Assembly: GCF_009834535.1 (NCBI RefSeq)
Contig: NC_045697.1
Location: 43,960,001-44,024,000 of the forward strand
DNA length: 64,000 nucleotides
Reading direction: 5' to 3'
Origin: Camelus ferus
Taxonomy: Eukaryota
In this document: in pieces, positions 51,690 through 64,000 of the stretch
Numbering within the stretch: the stretch's first letter is position 1
Layout: each line of letters opens with the position of its first letter
The notes under the pieces: model-generated
The model's database searches: none
What the model was told of the DNA's origin: nothing
Seen by the model: the letters and a program-made list of their open reading frames with translations, nothing else
Made by a program: the position numbers and the translations under genes

Positions 51690-53900
51690 GTTTGTGTTTA
51701 TTCAATACTTATTTCCCACTTAAAATGTGCAGGGCACTGGAAGAGATGTTGGATATACCATGGAGAACATGAGACATGGTATCTACCACTAGGAAGCTGA
51801 GCTTGGAAACAGATATTTAGACAAATAGCTACAGAAATGGAAATAATTACACTTAATGCTAGGAAAAAATTCAGGGTGATAAGAACATGTAACTTTAAGC
51901 CATGACTAACCTGAGGAGTCAGGAAAATTATTACTGGTGAACACTGTTCAAACTAAGACCTGGGGACAAATAGAAGACGGCTGGAGAGGCTGGCTGTGGA
52001 GAGGGGTGGTTATTTCAGAATGTTTGGAGTGGGAAGGAATTTACAATGCTGGAAAAAACTCAAAAGACCTGTGAGCTGGATTGGAAACAGAAAGCTATAA
52101 AGGATCATGCAGGACTTTCTGGAGACTTTGTAGCATTTTACTCTGCAAGCAAAGGGAAAGCCATTCTTTAGAGTGTCAGAGAAGAGAGTAACATTTAATA
52201 ATTTGGTTTTTTCTTTTTTCTTTGTTTGTATTTTTAAAAGATCACAATCACTCTGGCTATACTAGGGCAACTGAATTATAAAGGAGAAATTGTAGATGTG
52301 AGGATAGTTAAAAGGCTGTTTCTCAAGGCCAGAAGGGGTTACAAGGGTTCAGAATATGTCGGTGACAGTAGAAATGAAGAAAAGCACGTGGACTCCAGAC
52401 AAACCTAGGAGGCAAAATTGAAAAGGATTCTGGGCAGCAAAGAGAAGGCATGAAGGATCAGAAATGCTGGAGAAAGTGGACAGTGTAGTTTTTGATGGTT
52501 GGTTGGTTGCTGTGGGAGGCAGACAGGGACGGGAGATAATGAATTCAGTTTTGGACACGTTCATTCTGAGATGCCCACAAAGCAATCAGGTGGGAAACAC
52601 TTATTAGTCAATTAGAGCCACTGAGTCTGGGACTCAGAAGAGAGATTTACACTAAAATCTAAGCATTGCCTGCATCAAGATGGTAACTGAGTCAATGGGA
52701 ACAGATGAGATTCCCTAGGGAAACTCAGTAGAGTAGAGTGGGGAGACCAAAGCTGAGGAGTAAGCCTTCAGCAACCCTAATATTTAAATTTAAAGCACTA
52801 CAGAATCTATAAAGATGACTGGAAACAATACCTAAAGAAACAGGAGGGAAAGCGGGAGGACAGGGTGGAGGAGATGAAAGAAGTTAAGATGTGGGGGGCA
52901 TCAAAAAGGAGTGAATCATCAACCCTATTCGGTATGTTGAAAAGTCAAGATGAATTCTGAAAGATCAAAGGATTTTTGCTAAAATGGAAGAGATCCAAGA
53001 ATGTTTAAACATTGATAGAAAGAAGCTAATAGAGAAAAAAGGATGAAAACAGAAAATAATTACTAAGCTCGGGTTCCTAAAAAGGATTTTTGGGGGGGTA
53101 AGGGTGGCAGAGGTCAGAGGAGGGATTCCAAGTACAAGTGGAAGAACTGGAGAGAGAGAAGTCGTCTCTAGTACAACAGGAAGAAAAGACAGAATGAGAT
53201 CTATGTTTAACGTTTAGTGGTTTATCAATCTGACAAAGAAGTTAAGATAATTTCATACTGACAGTTTTTTTTTTCCTGTGATAAATAGGAAACAAGATTT
53301 TCTGCTGAAGGAGGAAAGTCAGACATTTAGGAAAATGACTCTAAATAGTCATCACAGAGTAGAGGAAAAGGGTCGAGGAGGAAATGTGTAAGAATCCCAG
53401 GCAGTGTTGAAAACCAAGGACCTTGAATTTGCAATGGAATCAGTCTGTTTGGTGCTCTGACTCTTCTCCAGCAACATCTGTTAACTACTCAAGTAAAGGC
53501 ATGGAAAGATGGAGAATGGGTTCAATTCAAGGCGAAGTTTTGCTGGACTGCAGGGACAAAAAGTTCACAGACAAGTGTTCTGGGGCATAAAAGAGTAATT
53601 GCAGTGATGAATGATGAAATCCAAGCTGGACAGGAAGAATAGAAAAGACGAAAAACAGCTGGGCTGACTGGAAGAAACTGAAAAACAACAAACCGGAGGC
53701 TCTAATGCTGTCAAGGGAGAGGTGAAGAAGCAGTAACTGAGAAAGACCACTAGAAAGACAGGGAAAAGGCCGTGTCAGGGTGGGATACTGCAGATTGAAA
53801 TTGTACAGGTGGAATGGTTCTGGCATAGCAAGACCCAGGGCGTAAATGAGGTGGGCATAGGGGCTGAGGTATTGGACAATGAGAAAGTTGCGAGATCTCC
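51690..53900 (-). mobile_element. Long decayed L2 LINE in the last COPS4 intron
   Basis: Purine-rich antisense L2 motifs (TTTATTCAA, AAAGATCAC...CTGGCT, GAATTCAGTTTTGGACA, GATGAGAT). Confidence 0.6.
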
Positions 53901-53936
53901 TTATATGTCTGCCTCCACTCATTTAATGAGCTGCTA

Positions 53937-54065
<129 letters not shown>

Positions 54066-54217
54066 TTAAAAAAAAACACAACAATAAATTCTCAGACACT
54101 TTATCATATCTAACAGTCATTCTAACATGTGATAAGAGAACTGAAACGTGGTTTAGCTACCCATCACTAAGCTTTACATATGTACAATTTTTACTTTGTC
54201 TTTATGTCAATAGTTTA

Positions 54218-54376
<159 letters not shown>

Positions 54377-54960
54377 TTAAATAAATATAAGAGAGTCTTA
54401 ATTTTGAAACTACTTTAACACTCTTAAAAGATGCATCTTTTAAAATTAAATATCCAGGCAGGTAATAACTCATAATCATTGTCCTCATTCCTCCTATCAA
54501 AATTTTAAAAGTAACCAAAATGCGTTATTTGACACATTTTGAATAACATACAATTAAATACAAACAACACATTTAGAAAATGACTGGCGAGTAGTAACTA
54601 ACTAGCTAAATGGATTTAATCCTTTGGATTTGGGTTTGCTTCCCTGGACTATCAGCTTCATTAACTTTTCTTGCTATAAGCACAAACTTTCATCAGCAAG
54701 TAGCAGCAAAACAATCATGTGACCTGTTCTGCAAGCTTGAAAAGTCAATACATACAGCTCAATGGAAGTATCTCTGTTCTTTTAGGCACTTCACATGGAT
54801 CTTACCCTGAGGCAAACGTGAGAAATGTCTGGAAGGCAGGATCCCTTCATGAGAGATCAGGTGTAACATCCCCCCTTAAGTGAGATACTATAGGCCCTGA
54901 CAAAGTTCTGAACCTAAGGCCCGACCCTGAAGGTATCAGACTGCTGAGCTCACCCAATTC

Positions 54961-55970
54961 TTTTTTTTTTCTTTCTAGTTTTATTGAGATATAATTGACA
55001 TATAACATTGCATTCATTTAAGGTGTACAACATAATGAGCCGATTCACGTACATACTGTGAAATGACTACCACAATAAGTTTAGTTAATTAACATCCATC
55101 ACCTCACATAGTTACAATTTTTTTCTTATGATGAAAACTTTTAAGATCTACTCTCTTAGCAACTTTCTAATATAAAGACCTAAATAAATAGAAAAACATG
55201 GAAGACTTAATATTGTTAAGATGATAATATTCCCCAAACTGATCTACAGATTCAGTGCAACCCCTATCAAAATCCCAGCTGGCTTCTTTCCAGAAACTGA
55301 CAAGCTGTATGACATTTATACAGAAATTCAAAGGACTCAGCAGAGTGAGAACAATTTTGAAAAAGAACAAAGTTAGAAGACTCAGATTTCTTGATTTCAA
55401 AACTTACTACAAAGATACAGCAATGAAGACAGTGGTACTGGCATGAGGACAGGCATACAAAATAATGAAATAGAATTTAGAGTCCAGAAATAAACTCTCA
55501 CATTTACAGTCAACTGATAGTCAACAAGGATGCCAAGGCAATTCAGTGGGGAAATAAGAGTCTTTCCAACAAACGGTGCTGGGACAACTGGATATTCACA
55601 TGCCAAAGAATACAGGTGGACCCCTACTTTACATCATATACAAAAATTAACTGAAAATGAATCAAAGACCTAAATGTAAGAGCTACAACTATAAAATCTA
55701 TAGGAGAAAACAAAGCAAATTTTCATGACCTTGGATTAGGCAATGGTTTCTTAGATACAACACTGAAAGCACAAGCAACAAAAGAAAAAACATAAATTGG
55801 ACTTCATCAAAATTAGTAACTTTTGTGTTTCAAAAGATACCATCAAAAAAGTGAAGAAATAACACACAGAATGGGAGAAAATATTTGCAAATCACTTACC
55901 TGATAATGATAAGATCTAGAATATACAAAGAATTCTTACAATTCAATAATAAAATGACAAATAACCCAAC
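54961..55970. mobile_element. Adjacent L1 fragments (reverse 3' end 54961-55167; forward ORF2 piece 55168-55970)
   Basis: Poly-T plus L1MA-like UTR, followed by degraded ORF2 ([10 protein letters not shown]...DFKTYYK). Confidence 0.7.
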
Positions 55971-57467
55971 TGGGAGTTGTAATGACAATAAACAAAAATG
56001 TCCAAGAAAGATAAATAAGAAAAGCAGTAACGTCTAAAATTCGAGAGGAAGGAGACAAAACATCTGTCATATACTGTATAGCCCTGTGTGAGAAATCTGA
56101 AAATCATTTGCATTCTCAGAGATCCTAGTGAGTCGCTCTCATTTTAGAAAAGAATTATCTATCTGATTATATCTTCTTTTATTTTTGTCATGGCCAGAAA
56201 CCTCAATGTCAAATCTGAAACTAAGCTATATCAATCTTGGAAACTTCTTTTTACTTAACTAGCTTTTAACTTGTTTGTCAGGCATCTTCTTGCAAAAAGA
56301 ATTTAAAGTTGCTCAGAATACACAGAAGACAAAAATTTAAAAGTAAAAAACAAAAACAAAAATAGCAACAACCAACACACAAACATGCTATTTACAGGTG
56401 GGCTACAAGTTTAATTTTTTAAGTTTTCTTGCAGCCCACCAGTTTAAGAAAACCAGTAAGTTTATCAACTCATGGTTTTCAAATAAGATAAAAACCAATT
56501 GCTCAAGGAGAATCACAACTAATCCTAAAACTGAAAAAGAACTTTTCTGAGTAGCTGCATTAGGAATATATTTAATTAATGAGCATTAGTAATCAATTGG
56601 CTTGCTTCTTAAAGTACAATTAAATGAAAGCAATTTAATAGGAGGCCAATATAATTCCTGCAATGATCTGGTTTAACTCCACTCAGTAAGACTGGAGAGG
56701 TGTATATCTTTCCATCAAATCTTACATAAATAATTCTTTTTTTTTAATAAATAATTCTTTACAGCTAGATTCTCTTCAACATAGGATGACAGTGAGTCCA
56801 AGGCAATGAGTCTAACAGAGCTGCATGTTAATCTCAACCTTTTCCATGTTTCTGATGGTCCTGACGGTCCTATATCTGTATTTTTATTATCATGTGTACT
56901 ATTGTTATAAGCTACTTTAAAATCTCTGTAAATAAACATATACAGGATATTTGATGTTATGAATAAGCATCTGTTAAAAACTTCTTCCCCAGCAAAGGCA
57001 GTCTGATTTAAGCAAACACATCCCTTAACTAGGGAACACAATACCAATTTCTATTCTTATTGGAAACACATTCCCCTGAATAACCTTGGGAAAGCTACTG
57101 TGCCAAATTTTGTTGTACCTAAAATAGGACTGGAAAATTATGCTCTGTCACAAACTGATGTTTAAGATTGATTACAGTGCTTATCAAATGGTTTGTGTTT
57201 CTAAAAAATCAGGCACTGTACACCTAGACTGTTATTCTTCTGCCCTTACAGTTTACAAAGTATGCTTTATTCCACAAAATACTTTCCAACAGGGCTATTT
57301 TTATACTTCAAAGTCATATCTGTGTATAATATTCATCTTGTCAATATAATATTCCTTTTTCTTATCAAGTATTATATAAAAATATTACAGAAAGATATTA
57401 AGATCCTTCTAATTTAACATACTTTCCACTAGTGTGTACCTAAATATTTACTACCACATACTTATCA

Positions 57468-57689
<222 letters not shown>

Positions 57690-57748
57690 CTATTTTCCCA
57701 ATGAAAGATAATCTTTCCTACGACCCCATTTTTGCCTACTAAAATATA

Positions 57749-58386
57749 CAGTTGATTCTCATTATTTGTGGTGGTATGTTCTATTGAGCTACTGCTGACA
57801 CTGCATTAGTGAACCCTCAACTGCTGCTCCCAGGGAGAATACAGGGTTGGGTTCCTATGAGCCTCTGGTCACAACATTTTTATCAGCTGATCAATATGTA
57901 ACCTTATGTGTATTTCCGTTTAAAGGCACCTTATTTAACGTATGTTTTTGATTCATTAACATTGAACTCATGGGCTACACTATAACTTACACATGAATGA
58001 AGTTTATCTGACACGTTATCTTCTCTATAAGGCACATCACAGACTTCCCACCCTTAAGAACACAAGACAGCACTTCAGCACTATACTTAAGGGTCATTTT
58101 AAACAGCAAAATCATCAACAAAATGCATGGAAATGTGAAAAGCATCATATTAAAAAGACAACAAAAAGGGCACTTGTTTACAGCATGTGAGCTAAAACAA
58201 GAAGGCAGAACACTGCCTTGTTCAATCCCAACTGGAAACATACACAGGGGGACTCAAATATTTTGCTGCTCCACACATGTCTGCAAATGACTGTAAAAGT
58301 ACATCGAGTACTGATTTGGGGGTGACAAATTATAGAAAGTAGGCAAATTCACAAATATGGAATCCATGAATAATGAGGCTCAAGTA
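57749..58386 (-). mobile_element. MER82-like Tigger (TcMar) element
   Basis: TIRs CAGTTGATTCTCATTATT / AATAATGAGGCTCAAGT flanked by TA. Confidence 0.7.
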
Positions 58387-58414
58387 TATATTCATTTGTG
58401 AAGACTATGGTACA

Positions 58415-58720
58415 CAGTCATTCTCTCAGTATCCAATGGGAATTGGTTCCAAGACCCCCATAAATACCAAAATCTGCAGATGTTCAAGTTACTTATGTAA
58501 AACAGTGTTGTATTTGCATTACCTTCACATATCCTCCCCTACACTTTTAAATTATCTCTAGATTACGTATAATACAAAGTAAATGTATGTAAATAGTTAC
58601 TGATGTCGGAAAATTCAAGTTTTGCTTTTGGGACTTCTGGAATTTTTCTTCCCAAATATTTTAAATCCGTGGTTGGTTGAATCTACAGATGCAGAACCCC
58701 TGGAAATGGAGGGCCAACTG
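58415..58720. mobile_element. MER2-like Tigger MITE
   Basis: CAGTCATTCTCTCAGTATCC...GGAAATGGAGGGCCAACTG-TA imperfect TIRs. Confidence 0.7.
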
Positions 58721-58759
58721 TATGACAAAATGTTGTAAGAGATATGAATTATAGCTAAT

Positions 58760-60360
58760 TGTTATTCTCCTCTTCTTGCTTATTTGTATTTCTACAATGA
58801 AGATGCGTTCTTTTGTAATAATAATAACAAAGACCTCCTTTACCTTCTTCACTGAGTTGACATTTGTACTGCTGGTGCAAAAGCAGTGGTGGCTAAAACT
58901 ACTGGCACCACAGCACAGATCAAGGCACTGGCACCAAACTGTACTGTGCCACACACTCAACAGCCAAAAAACAAAAAGTTTCATTTCAGAATGTCCTTGA
59001 AGCAGTAAAAAATCATTTTTATTATATCTTGACAGTTGAGAATATGTCTTTTTAATACTTTGTGTCACAAAATGCGATATGTACCAGTACTTCTGTTGTA
59101 AATCAAAGCCCAATGGTTATTCCAAGGAAATATAGCACACATTCACTTAAAATAACAGCTGATAAATTATGGTTTTATAGACTTGGGTATTTGGCAGAAA
59201 TTTTCTTAAAAATGAACAAAGTGAGCCTATTACTACCAACCAACAGCATCTGCTGGACCTGATACAATTTGAGTTTTCAAGAAAAATGTTAGAATTTTTG
59301 AAAACTTGTATCTGCCAGGTGGGAAGGGATAGACTGGGATTTCAAAATGTAGGATAGATAAACAAGATTATACTGTACAGCACAGGAAAATATATACAAG
59401 ATCTTATGGTATCTCACAGAGAAAAAAAAATGTGACAATGAATATATATATGTTCATGTATAACTGAAAAATTGTGCTTTACATTGGAATTTGACACAAC
59501 ATTGTAAAATTATTATAAATCAATAAAAAATGTTAAAAAAACAAAAAAGAAAACTTGTATCTGCTGCTATAAGCTTGACAACTTTCCAACACCTAAGAGG
59601 GTTTTTTCCCTGATGAAATCAGTGGTAACACATTTAAATATAATTTTTATAATTATAATTATAATTATATAATTATACAATTATAATTGTATAATAAAAT
59701 ATATCAATATTTGGAAGCTCTGCGTAACTCAGTGAGCCAGTATTTTCCAAACAATACATGATGGCACAAAATCTTACATGGGTAAAAGATTCATTTGAAG
59801 TGCAAGACAGACCAAAATTTGAATATTACAGGATGCAAAATGCTCCTTGATATGGTTTTAGATGCCACATTCCAATGAACCTATAAGAAACTACACCGCT
59901 TGTCAAGTGTGGTATCAAAAAAAGTTATCAACAATTATCTGAAAAAAACAATAATATGCCTCCTTTTTCCAACTACATATCCTCATTAGGCTGGATTTTC
60001 TTCATATGCTTCCACTAAAACAGCATATCAAAACAGGCTGAGCATAGAAGTGCCTTTAAGAATTCAGTTTTTGTCTATTAAGCTGGACAACAAAAAGATT
60101 TGTAAAGTCAAAAGTAAAACAATTCCAATTCTCTAATGTTTTTTGCTTTGGAAAATATAGTTATCTTATAAAAATATGTCATTTATGTTTACATGTAATA
60201 GATTATTGCTATTTTTAAATGAATTAATAAAATTTTAGAATTTCTCACTTCACCTTCCAACTAGTAAACAATAAATATACCCTTCCTAAACAAAAGCTCT
60301 CTAGGGTTCTCAATTTTTCAGAATCTAAAGGGGTTCTGAAACCAGAGGATTTGAGAACTT
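58760..60360. mobile_element. Charlie-like hAT element
   Basis: Charlie1-type motifs (GACATTTGTACTGCTGGTGCAAAAG, AGACTTGGGTATTTGGCAGA, TTTGAGAAC end); interrupted by an L1 fragment. Confidence 0.6.
59316..59548 (+). mobile_element. Young LINE-1 3' end
   Basis: Near-identical to 16340-16560; perfect 16-bp TSD GAAAACTTGTATCTGC at 59300 and 59549. Confidence 0.9.
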
Positions 60361-61246
60361 AAAAATACTGGACAAAAACGTGAGGGAATTTAAAATATGT
60401 CATTTCAAAATAGAGAAGATCTTTCTAATAAGCACATCAACAAAATCTAGACGCTTCATAAAAGAAAAGATTAAAATAAACTATATAAAAATTTAAAGTT
60501 TCTGCATGGCAAAAATTTTATAAACAAAGCCAAAAAAGAGATGACAAATTGGGGGGGAAATGGTTAATTTCTTATATACATGAAGAGCTTTTATAAGTCA
60601 CCAGAAAAAGATAAAAACAAACAAAAGAAAATGGCGAATGAACATAAACAGATAAGTCACTCAAAAAAAATGGGTTTCCAACAATAATTTTTTTTTACAT
60701 ATATGGAAAGACACTCAGGAGCATTCATGATAAATGAAATGCAAGTTAAAACCAGAGTGAAATACTATCTTTCTTTTACCAGATAAGCAAGGATAAAAGA
60801 ATTTGGTAATGTATGTGAATAATCAGGTACACACAGACATTGTTGTTTACAGTGTAACATTAAAGGCCAATATACAATTTCTATCAAAATTTTAAGTGTA
60901 TGTACCCTTAAAGAATTTAACCTATACATATATTCATGTAATTCATATATAATTACTACAGCATTGTTTATAATTGACTAATTATAATAAAGCCAAACAA
61001 TAGAAAATCGAAAATGAGCTATATATGTACTGACATAGAGACCACCATGATATATAGCCACATAAAAAAAGCAAGCTGCAAAAGTGTGTATATCATGCTA
61101 TCATTTGTATATTAAAAAAAAGAGGATACACACTTTTATATTGAAGGAAATAGAAGAAACCAGTAATAGTTCTTCACAACAGGAAGCAGTATCATTTTAT
61201 GTATTGCCTTTTCAGTAACAAAAATAAAATAAATAAGATCACTGCT

Positions 61247-61379
61247 GGAGGGAGGGTATAGCTCAGTGGTGCAGTGCATGCCTAGCATGCACAAGGTCCT
61301 GGGTTCCATCTCCAGTACCTCCATTAAAAATAAATAAATAAACCGAATTACCTCCCCTACCAAGAATTTTTTTTTTTAA
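61247..61379 (+). mobile_element. tRNA-Ala-derived SINE (Vic-1-like)
   Basis: A/B boxes and family tail; TSD ATCACTGCT at 61238 and 61380. Confidence 0.85.
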
Positions 61380-61916
61380 ATCACTGCTTTATAAAGCAGT
61401 GGTCTGAACATGTCATTAGGCTCTCAAGTAAATACAGTTCAAGAACAGACATTCTAAAATGATTTAGAAAAGCCATGGCTTAGAATTACCAGCATTTCCA
61501 TCTCAATGCCCTTTTCTGCTTTATAAGTTGAGTGATTTGCATGCTATAAATTAGTAAAAAGAACAAAGAACAGTTTATTATTTAAATTTATTGAAGAAAA
61601 GGATAAATGCCAGGTCTAAAAGTGAGGCTTGAAGATTAAAAAATCCTCAAAGCAGTACGTTAATTATCATATTACCACTTTCTAGATTTTAATTTTTGTT
61701 TCTTTGTATAATTCTCACTTAATTTAATATCCATTTTTCAGTGATTTTAGGAGAACTAAACTTCAGATTATCTCTCTTAACTATTCCTAATATCTGTGAG
61801 TAAGAGACTGATAACATGCATATTTTAAAATGTCTTCAGTTAGCAATCCATTTTATCACTGTTTTTAACTGTTTAAAATTTAAACTAAATTTACCATAAT
61901 CATATTAATAAGATTA

Positions 61917-62219
<303 letters not shown>

Positions 62220-62316
62220 TCAAAAAGCAAAAAATAAAAGAATTTCTAATATATAACAGCATTCATCAGATATTCTGGAGCATCTTAATATAGTAGGATT
62301 CTCTAATACAAAATTA

Positions 62317-62577
<261 letters not shown>

Positions 62578-64000
62578 TTATACATATTCTGTTAATATAA
62601 AGGAGTCAATCTTTATACTGCATTATATTATATAAATAAGCTAAAAAAATTCAGAATTCTTATTGAGTTTTTGTTATTTTTAATCATTGTTCATATTTTA
62701 TTTTAGCTTCTTCTAATCCTCAGATAATCTCACAAGACAAAGATCTTTAAAAAAAAAAAAAAAAGCCCAGTTCAGGGATATGCTATATACTACTGGGGGC
62801 ACTATAAACATGTATAACCAACCCATAAAACAATTTGGAAAATACTCTCCAACCATCCCTTGAATCCTTTAAAATGCTTATACTCTTTATCTACTGTGTT
62901 TTACCTCTAAAAAATAAATCCTAAAAAAAAAAAAAAACCATGGATATACACACATTTGTATGTACAGAATATTCATTTGTAAGGTTATTCATAAATAAAT
63001 GCAAAAGAAAAAAAATTGAAATCACCCATAATGATATTTACAGTATCAATTAAGTTATGGTACATAAAGATGGTAGATACTATACAATTATTATAATTAC
63101 TTTTGATAATAGTCACGATGCAGTTTTGCTAAGTGAAAAAACTGAATAAAACATATAAAACACCATTAAAGTGCATTTCTATACACATGTATCATGAGAT
63201 AATAGCAATTATCTCTAGGTGATGAGATTACAGGTGGTTTTCATTTTCTTCTTAATCCCAATGGTCACATTTCATGCAAGAAATGCATAACACTCTACAT
63301 AATTCAAAACTCACATAATTTAATTCTCACAAAAAAATTCTCTTTACTAGCAAAAGTGGTGCCACCATGTGGCAAGAATAGAATTTACAACTGATTTAGC
63401 CCCAGTTTTGAAATTCTTTACCTCTTAAATGTTTTATATTAATTCACATTTTTCCAAAAGTCATATATTATTACTATTTCGTATTGTATTACTTCCATTC
63501 ACAACACCAATTTACATAAACTGCTAAAAATAGCACCATACTTTCCTGCATTTTCAAATTTTATGCCAAGTATATCTATTACTTTCATAATCAGAATGAA
63601 CCATTTTTTAAAGATACAAGTTCTCAATAAATTATCCAAATCCCTTTTACTTTAATTTGTTTAGAAAACTACTAAGTTTTCAGTTCTTTGGTATCCTTAC
63701 AGATAATGTTACAATACTCTCAAAATGATACTACCACTGCAAAGAACAATAACTAATTTTATATTTATTTCAACCACCAATGAAAATAAATCATTTGCTT
63801 TGTGCTAGGGAGAAAGTGCTCTAGACAGAATAAGATCAAAGCTATTAAGAAAGTCCCTAGCCTTTTCAAACCATCAAAGGAAAAAATCAAATTAATAAGA
63901 GGCCTTAGCAAAATTCAACATGTACATCTGAAGGTTTTTTCATATCCTGGTTGCTTTTTCAAGGAACATTACTGCCTAACAATTTCATAAATGCACCTGA

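Noticed and set aside
59636..59700. Palindromic (AATTAT)n tract, and the AT-rich quasi-palindrome at ~20787-20845
   Set aside because: Simple AT-rich low-complexity repeats are self-complementary by composition; no evidence of function.

Overview
Mammalian genomic DNA, most likely from a camelid: there are five copies of a tRNA-Ala-derived SINE resembling camelid Vic-1, and I recognised no ruminant, pig or primate SINEs. The window holds two convergent host genes. PLAC8 is on the + strand (putative non-coding exon 1 at ~20040-20124, CpG island ~23.7-24.6 kb, coding exons 33090-33202, 35007-35131 and 40173-40277, 3' UTR exon from 43666). The last six coding exons of COPS4 are on the - strand (62494 down to 48763) and are intact. 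Upstream lie a decayed C1D processed pseudogene (-) and a full-length but inactivated 7.4 kb LINE-1 (9189-16576, +). The rest is LINE, SINE, LTR and DNA-transposon debris. The most notable observation is that PLAC8 coding exon 1 has one extra base (TGC-T-GGGGTCT|GTAAGT). This breaks the frame and gives a premature stop at 35056, unless a weak GT donor 4 nt upstream is used. It may be a real loss-of-function allele or an assembly error. Also notable: a 40-bp insert flanked by a 9-bp duplication in the PLAC8 3' UTR, interferon-response-like motifs near PLAC8 exon 1, and three LTRs just upstream of the first coding exon. I found no prokaryotic-type system and no convincingly new multi-gene system. 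Repeat family names and ortholog comparisons come from recall, not database searches.
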